Below, piece by piece: positions 40,414-46,272 of a stretch of 64,000 nucleotides of DNA. Source of the DNA: Actinomycetes bacterium (GTDB taxonomy: Bacteria; Actinomycetota; Actinomycetes; S36-B12; UBA5976). Every line of letters begins with the position of its first letter. The stretch's first letter is position 1. The stretch covers positions 7,327 through 71,326 of the forward strand of contig JASJMK010000017.1 in the NCBI GenBank assembly GCA_037619625.1, given 5' to 3'. A program made the position numbers and the translations under genes. Under the pieces are notes generated by a model. That model saw only the letters and a program-made list of their open reading frames with translations, did no database searches and was not told the origin of the DNA.

Positions 40414-40962
40414 TTACTTAGGAGTTGATACTGCAGGACTAGATACTGCAGGGCTAGATACTGCAGGAGTTGATACTGCAGGATTAGATACTGCAGTGCG
40501 GCGGTTAAGCGGAATAACATTATTTGGAATTACATTTTGGGCAGCAACGTTAGTTGGCAAAGTTAATTGTCGTGAGACACCAAGTTTTTCTGCAACTAAA
40601 TCAATAAATTCATGCGCATCTCTAACTAAGTCATCAGCCTCACGAGGCGTAACAGCTCCCCCAAGTCCAACTTCAGCAGCCGCACGCTTACCCGCGCCCG
40701 ATGCAAAATACTGTGCCCATTCAGTGAACTCGGGATCGACTTTACTAACTAAAGTCCACACACTGGTTGGTCTACTTCGGCTTGGCTTGGTGTGGGCTGC
40801 AAGTAAAGCTGCTGCAGCGCGCAAGGCTGCCAGGTGTGCGGCAACATACTTTTCGCCCGCACGAGATGCAATGATCGCGGTATCTAAACTTCGCAATGCG
40901 CCAGCTAATAAATCAATGCTGGCTACAGTTGCTTGGATTTCGTGTGTTGGTTGTGAGCTCAT
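40414..40962 (-). CDS. SAV_6107-type HEPN-like protein with a disordered repeat tail (function unknown)
   Basis: 182-aa ORF with a GGGAGAA SD. The Ala-rich helical core (AAHLAALRAAAALLA...SVWTLVSKVDPEFTEWAQYFASGAGKRAAAE...READDLVRDAHEFIDLV) matches my recollection of the actinobacterial SAV_6107 HEPN family. No Rx4-6H motif. The tail carries QLTLPT plus five PAVS[ST] repeats. The stop lies 3 nt before the dnaE2 ATG. Confidence 0.5.
   Translation of the reverse strand: MSSQPTHEIQATVASIDLLAGALRSLDTAIIASRAGEKYVAAHLAALRAAAALLAAHTKPSRSRPTSVWTLVSKVDPEFTEWAQYFASGAGKRAAAEVGLGGAVTPREADDLVRDAHEFIDLVAEKLGVSRQLTLPTNVAAQNVIPNNVIPLNRRTAVSNPAVSTPAVSSPAVSSPAVSTPK
40421..40497. repeat. Five copies of a 15-bp coding tandem repeat (each contains CTGCAG)
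   Basis: GATACTGCAGG recurs at 40427, 40442, 40457, 40472 and 40487. It encodes (PAVS[ST]) five times at the C-terminus of the HEPN-like protein. Confidence 0.9.
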
Positions 40963-40989
40963 TATTTTCTCCCGTTAAGTTATTTTTTG

Positions 40990-41268
40990 TTAATCAAGTA
41001 AGTGGTATACAAACCAGCGTTCATCACTGGTTGCAATGTCATAAATTCCAAAATTGTTTTTCGAATTTTGCGAAGTCGCTTCAACTCGCCAAACTTGCCA
41101 TTCCCGTGCTTGCCGCGTACGCCACCACGGAGCTGACTCCAGCCAAGTGAACAAAATCGTGAGCACTAAGTAACTGTGGCCACGCCAACTAAAGGACTTG
41201 GGTAAGCCGCTGGCATTAGTGCGCACTTGAGCCAAGGATCTGGTGCTAACACCGTAATTTCGGGACAT
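40990..41268 (-). CDS. Small Trp-rich protein, DUF6504-like (function unknown), first gene of the dnaE2 cassette
   Basis: 92 aa counted from ATG 41268 (AAGG SD 6 nt upstream): MSRNYGV...FSWRGHSYLVLTILFTWLESAPWWRTRQAREWQVWRVEA...ERWFVYHLLD. The ORF-track start at 41319 would place the promoter and LexA box inside the CDS. The DUF6504 assignment is from memory of the W/WRV pattern. Confidence 0.5.
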   Translation of the reverse strand: MSRNYGVSTRSLAQVRTNASGLPKSFSWRGHSYLVLTILFTWLESAPWWRTRQAREWQVWRVEATSQNSKNNFGIYDIATSDERWFVYHLLD

Positions 41269-41278
41269 AATGAGCCTT

Positions 41279-41294
41279 TCGAACATTTGTTCGA
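41279..41294. promoter_or_regulatory. LexA (SOS) box, perfect actinobacterial consensus
   Basis: TCGAACATTTGTTCGA equals TCGAAC-N4-GTTCGA. The arms extend to 7 bp (TTCGAAC/GTTCGAA, 41278-41295). It lies 2 nt downstream of the -10 hexamer and 10 nt upstream of the ATG at 41268. It is the only such site I found in the window. Confidence 0.85.
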
Positions 41295-41296
41295 AC

Positions 41297-41319
41297 AGCA
41301 TAAGGCTAGCGCCCGACAA
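41297..41319 (-). promoter_or_regulatory. Candidate RecA-NDp / PafBC-type DNA-damage promoter
   Basis: The minus strand reads TTGTCGGGC-GCTAGCCT-TATGCT. The published motif is tTGTCRgtg-N8-TAnnnT. The core TTGTCG, the 8-nt spacer and the TAnnnT hexamer all fit. Two of the three weakly conserved 'gtg' bases differ. Confidence 0.55.
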
Positions 41320-41370
41320 GTTTCCAATCTTTGGAAAAGTGGGCTAAAAATCCCCTACTTAGTGGGAAAA

Positions 41371-42480
41371 CTAAAGTTTGTGAATCTTGGCAGCCTGGCT
41401 GATGCGCTGGCTTTGGGCAGTATTTAACGCCTGATCTGGCAATCGGTCATAGCCTTCTCCGAATGGGTCTGGCACATCAGTTTTAATACCAGACATAGTT
41501 TCTAGAACTGCCAAACCGCAATATGGAACATAAATCGGTGAGTAGCCACCTTCGTGCGTCATCATCAATTTACCCTCACAAACTTCATCAGCCACATTAA
41601 GTAATAACTCAGTTAGTTGTCGGTAACCAGCGGAGGTCACCAACATGCGGCCAAGCGGGTCAGCTGCGCTGGCGTCGAAACCAGATGCCACCACAATCAC
41701 ATCAGGTAAGAAATTACGAATTGCAGGTAAGACGACTTTTTCTAAAGCTTCAACATATGCGCCATTACCGGAACCGGCAGGTAGCGGGATATTAATTACG
41801 GAACCAGTTGCTGCTACCCCACCAATGTCATCAATGAGGCCACTGTCAGCTGGATATAGATTGTCTTGGTGAATTGAGATACATAAAACATTTGGGTCCG
41901 AATAAAAAATTTCTTGCGTACCATTACCGTGATGAACGTCCCAGTCAACAACAACTACGCGCTGTACTCCCAATGTTTCTCTGACGTTTTGAATGGCAAT
42001 GGCTGCATTTGCGAAAATACAATAACCCATTCCAGTTTCTGGCCGAGCATGATGTCCAGGTGGACGCACTAATGCATATGCATTATTTACTGTGCCATTA
42101 ACTACTGCACGCAGCGCTTCAATTGCCCCACCAGCAGCAAGTGCTGCGATGTCATAGCCACCATTGCCAAATGGTGATTCGCCGTCTCCGGCATCGCCGC
42201 CCTTAGGTAGCAAGCTTTCAGCTTTGATTCGAGCAAGGTACTCTTTAGTGTGCACGCGCAAAATATCAGCTTCAGTTGCTGTAATTGCAGGAATCTTAAC
42301 TAGTTGCTGGCCAAGGCCAGAAACTTCAATTAGCGAAGCAAAGCGAGTTTTAGTCTCACTGCTTTCGTAGTGTTCATACGGCTGCACTTTGGTGCTTGCA
42401 AATGCATGACCAGCCGCAGTTCCAGTATCGTGCCAGCCATAAAGTTCATTCCAAACAAAACCAGTTTTCATGACGCTCAC
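41371..42480 (-). CDS. Histone-deacetylase-family amidohydrolase (acetylpolyamine amidohydrolase-like)
   Basis: 369-aa ORF with the HDAC/arginase-fold motifs RPPGHHA, VVVDWDVHHGNGTQ, GFDASAADPLG and EGGY. Confidence 0.8.
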   Translation of the reverse strand: MSVMKTGFVWNELYGWHDTGTAAGHAFASTKVQPYEHYESSETKTRFASLIEVSGLGQQLVKIPAITATEADILRVHTKEYLARIKAESLLPKGGDAGDGESPFGNGGYDIAALAAGGAIEALRAVVNGTVNNAYALVRPPGHHARPETGMGYCIFANAAIAIQNVRETLGVQRVVVVDWDVHHGNGTQEIFYSDPNVLCISIHQDNLYPADSGLIDDIGGVAATGSVINIPLPAGSGNGAYVEALEKVVLPAIRNFLPDVIVVASGFDASAADPLGRMLVTSAGYRQLTELLLNVADEVCEGKLMMTHEGGYSPIYVPYCGLAVLETMSGIKTDVPDPFGEGYDRLPDQALNTAQSQRISQAAKIHKL

Positions 42481-42531
42481 ACTACAACGCGGGGACTGCC
42501 TAATTCTAGAAAATCAACTTTCCGTTACTTG

Positions 42532-43953
42532 TTAAGAATCAAATCCCATGCCTAGCCGATCAAGGCTACGTAGCCAGATGTTTCGCTTACCTTGATTGCG
42601 ATCCGCCTTATCGAGAGACCAGCGAGTGAAGTTAATTCCTGCTGATTTAAAAGGCTCAGGTGGGAACGGGATCGGCAAAGTGTTAACCATCTTGAGGGTT
42701 CGTCGATCGGTATCACGATCCAACAACTTGTCGATCGATACTTGGGCGCCAAAGCGGGAGGCCCCAACGCCAAGTCCCGTATAGCCGGCAACGTAAACAA
42801 CTTTGTCATTCATTGCGGTTCCCCAGAATGCGCTGAAGCGAGTGCAAGTATCGATCGCACCACTCCAGGCATATTCAAAACGTAAACCTTCTAATTGCGG
42901 AAAAGTTGAGAAAAAGTGATCAGCTAATTTTGGCCAAGACTTTGTTGAATGTTCATGCTGGACTCCGAAGCCACTGCGGAAATGATACGTCGCGTCGTAT
43001 CCGCCCCAGAGAATCCGGCCATCAGCAGTTGGTCGGTAGTAATGGAATTGATTACCGGTATCGCTGACACCTTCATTTCCAGCCCAACCAATATCTCGAC
43101 GTTGCTGTTCACTTAGTGGCTCGGTCACTAAAACTGAATCGTAAACCGGAACCATCAAATACTTAAGACGGCGTAATAACGGTGGAAATGCATTAGTTGC
43201 AAGTAGCACCTTGGGGGCAGTTACGCTGCCGAACTCAGTTTTTGCGGTGACTCGATCGCCGCGTTCATCTAGCGCGGTTACTTTGCTGTGTTCGTAGATT
43301 CTCACGCCAAGTTCAAGGGCAGTATCACGAAGTCCCCAGGCCAAACGCGCTGGATCACAAATTGCCACATTGTCCGGATTAAATAATGCGCCAAGGTAGG
43401 TAGGTGAATTTAGACGACGTCGAGTTTCGGCTTGATCCAGCCAAATAAGTTCTTCGCCATATGGTTTTGCAACGTCAATGAATTCTTGCAGCTCAGTGAC
43501 TTGATATTCCTCGGTAGCAACATCCATTTCACCAACGCGCATCCAGTCGCAATCAATTTTTCGATCGCTTACGAACTGTTCCATTTCATTTAAATTTTGC
43601 TGACCGAGTTGAGTCAGTTTGGCAATGTCATTTGGCCAGCGATCTAAACCGTTTGCAAAACCGTGAGTAAGTGAAGCCGCCACAAAGCCACCATTTTGAC
43701 CAGATGCCCCGCGCGCTACTGCGTTTCCCTCAACTAACACCACATCCAAATTTGGATTGTGTTGCTTAGCTTCAATTGCTGCCCAGAGCCCGGTGAAGCC
43801 ACCACCGACAATTAACAAGTCTGCCGTTAGGTTTCCAACTATGCGCGACGCATCATTAAGTGGTTCGGCCTCGTCATCAAGCCAATATGAGCCCTCCCAA
43901 ACATCGGCTAGGGATGGTAAAACATGTGCTGAAGGTAGGTGTGAAAAAACCAT
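42532..43953 (-). CDS. FAD-dependent oxidoreductase (DAO family, PuuB/gamma-glutamylputrescine-oxidase-like)
   Basis: 473-aa ORF with the dinucleotide-binding LLIVGGGFTGLWAA motif and ARGASGQNGG. Paralogue of 48342-49724. Confidence 0.75.
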   Translation of the reverse strand: MVFSHLPSAHVLPSLADVWEGSYWLDDEAEPLNDASRIVGNLTADLLIVGGGFTGLWAAIEAKQHNPNLDVVLVEGNAVARGASGQNGGFVAASLTHGFANGLDRWPNDIAKLTQLGQQNLNEMEQFVSDRKIDCDWMRVGEMDVATEEYQVTELQEFIDVAKPYGEELIWLDQAETRRRLNSPTYLGALFNPDNVAICDPARLAWGLRDTALELGVRIYEHSKVTALDERGDRVTAKTEFGSVTAPKVLLATNAFPPLLRRLKYLMVPVYDSVLVTEPLSEQQRRDIGWAGNEGVSDTGNQFHYYRPTADGRILWGGYDATYHFRSGFGVQHEHSTKSWPKLADHFFSTFPQLEGLRFEYAWSGAIDTCTRFSAFWGTAMNDKVVYVAGYTGLGVGASRFGAQVSIDKLLDRDTDRRTLKMVNTLPIPFPPEPFKSAGINFTRWSLDKADRNQGKRNIWLRSLDRLGMGFDS

Positions 43954-44212
43954 TGCAAAAGTCCAAACGATTGGGTGAGAAGGATTCTCACTGGTGATCA
44001 GATGTGTCTGGCAAATTTGCCAGCATTAGTGTCTGTCGGAGTTCCGCTGATTCGCGAATCCGGATCCCACCAGTCCCTTTCTCTAAGATCACTAGGCCTT
44101 GATTTCCTAGTGCCAATCGGCCGTCTCTACAGACGATCCCCTTGCTCTTACATTTAAGCACAGATTTGAAATAAAACGGCTAAATAGGTGGCAATTGGAT
44201 AGCGCCAGCAAG

Positions 44213-44250
44213 CAAAATGGGCACCTCCATCAAGAGGCGCCCATTTTTTT
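44213..44250 (-). terminator. Intrinsic terminator after the aldehyde dehydrogenase gene
   Basis: The minus-strand RNA reads AAAAAAAUGGGCGCCUC-uugaug-GAGGUGCCCAUUUUGCUU, an 11-bp stem with one G-U pair followed by a U-run. On the plus strand the same stem has an A-C mismatch but a longer T-run. Confidence 0.75.
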
Positions 44251-44260
44251 AGGAAGTCAA

Positions 44261-45601
44261 TTAACCGTTAATACGGATTAGCTTCTTGTTCAGGAATTCT
44301 TCGATTCCTAGTGGACCAAGTTCGCGGCCGAATCCAGATCGCTTAGTGCCACCGAATGGAAGTTCCGGAGCGTCCAAGCCAACACCATTTACGTAAACCA
44401 TTCCAGTGTCTAGTGCATCTGCAACCCGAAGTGCTTGTTTGTTGTCGGTAGTAAATAGGTATGAACCCAAACCAAATTGTGAATCGTTGGCAATGCGAAT
44501 TGCATCGTCTTCATCCTTTGCGCGATGAATCTGGGCAACTGGACCGAAGAGTTCTTCGCGGAAAATTTCGTTTTCTGGAGTTACCTCTGTGAGAACGCCG
44601 GCTGGGAAGAATGCACCATTTCGGGAACCTGCACTTGCCAACTTTGCACCTTGCTTTACTGCGCGATTAACCTGCTCTTCAAGGATTTCGGCAGCTCGCA
44701 CTGAGCTAAGTGGGCTTGATATTTCTGCTGACATCATGGCGGCAGTGAACTTTTCAACGAATTCTTCATAAAGACCATCAACGACAACCATGCGCTTTGC
44801 AGCGTTGCATGCCTGACCAGTGTTGTCGATGCGAGCAATAACTGCGGATTCAATAACTGCGTCCATGTCCTTTGTGCTGAGCAAGATGAAAGCATCCGAG
44901 CCACCAAGTTCTAGAACACACTTCTTGAGGTGACGTCCAGCGATTTCTGCAACTGCTGCGCCCGCACGCTCTGAACCAGTTAGCGAAACACCACGAATTG
45001 CGGGATGTGGAATCATGTCTGCAATTTGCTCGTTAGATGCAAATAGATTTTCATAAACACCTGCTGGGACACCTGCATCAGCGAAAATCTTCACAATGGC
45101 TAATGCTGATTCTGGACACTGCGGAGCGTGCTTCAAAATAACAGTATTGCCCGCTACCAGGTTTGGACCAGCAAAGCGTGCAACCTGGTAAGCCGGGAAG
45201 TTCCACGGCATGATTCCCAGAATCGCACCTACAGAAGACTTGCGGATTACGGCGGAACCCTCACCATCTGACAATTCGATTGGCACATCTGTCAGCAGAG
45301 CTGCAGCGTTATCTGCGTAGTACTGATAGATGAAACCAGAAAACTCAACTTCGCCGGCAGCATCGGCTAATGGTTTGCCCATTTCGCGATTAATAATCGC
45401 CGCAAGTTCATCTTGGCGATCAATATGTAGCTGTCCGATGCGATGAACAATTGCCGCGCGCTGCGCTACTGGAACTTTGCTCCATGTCTTATGCGCGTTA
45501 TCAGCAGCAGTAATTGCAGCAAGGCACTGCGCGTCAGTTGCCGTTGCGAATTCTTGTTCAACTACGCCGGTTGCAGGGTTGAGAACTTTATATTGACTCA
45601 T
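44261..45601 (-). CDS. NAD(P)-dependent aldehyde dehydrogenase (succinate/glutarate-semialdehyde dehydrogenase-like)
   Basis: ALDH motifs VLELGGSDAFIL, FDNTGQACNAAKR (catalytic Cys) and EELFGPV. Start at MSQYKVLNPATG (45601) with an AAGGAAAA SD. The ORF-track extension to 45703 is rejected. Confidence 0.85.
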   Translation of the reverse strand: MSQYKVLNPATGVVEQEFATATDAQCLAAITAADNAHKTWSKVPVAQRAAIVHRIGQLHIDRQDELAAIINREMGKPLADAAGEVEFSGFIYQYYADNAAALLTDVPIELSDGEGSAVIRKSSVGAILGIMPWNFPAYQVARFAGPNLVAGNTVILKHAPQCPESALAIVKIFADAGVPAGVYENLFASNEQIADMIPHPAIRGVSLTGSERAGAAVAEIAGRHLKKCVLELGGSDAFILLSTKDMDAVIESAVIARIDNTGQACNAAKRMVVVDGLYEEFVEKFTAAMMSAEISSPLSSVRAAEILEEQVNRAVKQGAKLASAGSRNGAFFPAGVLTEVTPENEIFREELFGPVAQIHRAKDEDDAIRIANDSQFGLGSYLFTTDNKQALRVADALDTGMVYVNGVGLDAPELPFGGTKRSGFGRELGPLGIEEFLNKKLIRING

Positions 45602-45685
45602 TGGATTTTCCTTTTTAAAAAAAGTTGGGTTTAGCTGATTGCCTCCACAATACCTATGAACTAGCCCTGCTGTCAGGGGGTTTTT

Positions 45686-45765
45686 TGCGATATCTTGACT
45701 CAAATCTCAAAAAACCTGCGAAATTCGTATCTATTTTGGTCAAATACTGCGATTTCGCTTGTTAT
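45686..45765. promoter_or_regulatory. Three TGCGA(W)3 motifs spaced exactly 31 bp apart (candidate Lrp/AsnC operator array)
   Basis: TGCGATAT starts at 45686, TGCGAAAT at 45717 and TGCGATTT at 45748. They lie in the 192-bp divergent region between the aldehyde dehydrogenase gene and the Lrp/AsnC gene. Confidence 0.45.
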
Positions 45766-45793
45766 TACGACGAAAACCATTGAGACTAGAGGT

Positions 45794-46252
45794 ATGGCAA
45801 AAGTTGCAGTTCTCGATGATGTCTCAAAAGCCATAATCGAGCAACTTCAGCAAGATGGCCGCCGTCCCTACGCAACTATTGGTAAAGCGGTTGGTTTGTC
45901 AGAAGCTGCAGTTCGACAGCGCGTAAGCAAGCTCCTGGAAACCGGAGTCATGCAGATCGTTGCCGTAACTGATCCACTTCAAGTTGGGTTTAATCGCGAA
46001 GCGATGATCGGAATTGAAGTAGATGGGGACATGGAAGCAGTCGCGGACTTGCTTTCGGAAATGGATGAAATCAGCTACATCATCCTGACGGCAGGAAGCT
46101 TCGACATAATTCTCGAAGTTGTCTGTGAGGACGATGAAGCACTTCTTGAAGTGATAAATCGTAAAATTCGTGCGATTCCTGGGGTCCGGCGCACGGAAAC
46201 ATTCATGTATTTAAAACTGCGTAAGCAGAGTTATACCTGGGGAACCCGCTAA
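45794..46252 (+). CDS. Lrp/AsnC-family transcriptional regulator
   Basis: 152 aa counted from MAKVAVLDDVSKAIIEQLQQDGRRPYATIGKAVGLSEAAVRQRVSKL, which is an HTH_AsnC domain followed by a RAM domain. The ORF-track start at 45695 is an upstream extension. Confidence 0.88.
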   Translation: MAKVAVLDDVSKAIIEQLQQDGRRPYATIGKAVGLSEAAVRQRVSKLLETGVMQIVAVTDPLQVGFNREAMIGIEVDGDMEAVADLLSEMDEISYIILTAGSFDIILEVVCEDDEALLEVINRKIRAIPGVRRTETFMYLKLRKQSYTWGTR

Positions 46253-46272
46253 CTAAAAGCATTGGATACGTA

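Noticed and set aside
40421-40497. The short tandem repeats here, and the 18-bp repeats at 11549-11715, considered as CRISPR-like arrays
   Set aside because: The units are contiguous with no spacers, in frame, and inside coding sequence. No cas genes are present.
40414-40962. HEPN-like protein considered as a toxin RNase or defence effector
   Set aside because: I could not find an Rx4-6H motif in the translation (only RDAH and R-x8/9-H spacings). The gene context is DNA-damage tolerance, not a toxin-antitoxin or defence locus.
40496-40978. 160-aa plus-strand ORF antisense to the HEPN-like gene
   Set aside because: It is Ala/Ser-rich shadow translation of an Ala-rich gene. The minus-strand frame has a strong SD (GGGAGAA), tight coupling to dnaE2 and a coherent helical domain.
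41320-41370. Search for a terminator between the HDAC-family gene and the SOS cassette, and for repeats flanking the cassette that would indicate an insertion
   Set aside because: There is only a weak GGG/CCC stem and no convincing U-tract hairpin. I found no direct or inverted repeats shared between the 35567-35686 and 41320-41370 flanks. There is therefore no evidence that the cassette is a recent mobile insertion. Read-through from the upstream operon cannot be excluded.
44008-44023. CTGGCAAATTTGCCAG considered as a sigma-54 -24/-12 promoter (TGGCA...TTGC)
   Set aside because: The GG-to-GC spacing is 9 nt rather than the required spacing of about 12 nt counted the same way. Actinobacteria are not known to encode RpoN. 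It is more likely an operator or an RNA hairpin.
43975-44157. 60-aa plus-strand ORF, and a 12-codon minus-strand mini-ORF (MLANLPDTSDHQ), in the long leader
   Set aside because: Neither has an SD or recognisable features. The region is better explained as regulatory RNA or DNA.
45664-45690. Plus-strand hairpin CCCTG-ctgt-CAGGG followed by GGTTTTTT, which looks like an intrinsic terminator
   Set aside because: There is no plus-strand gene upstream to terminate, and the stem is only 5 bp. It lies in the aldehyde dehydrogenase 5' region and overlaps the first phased TGCGA site. An sRNA 3' end cannot be excluded, but nothing supports it.
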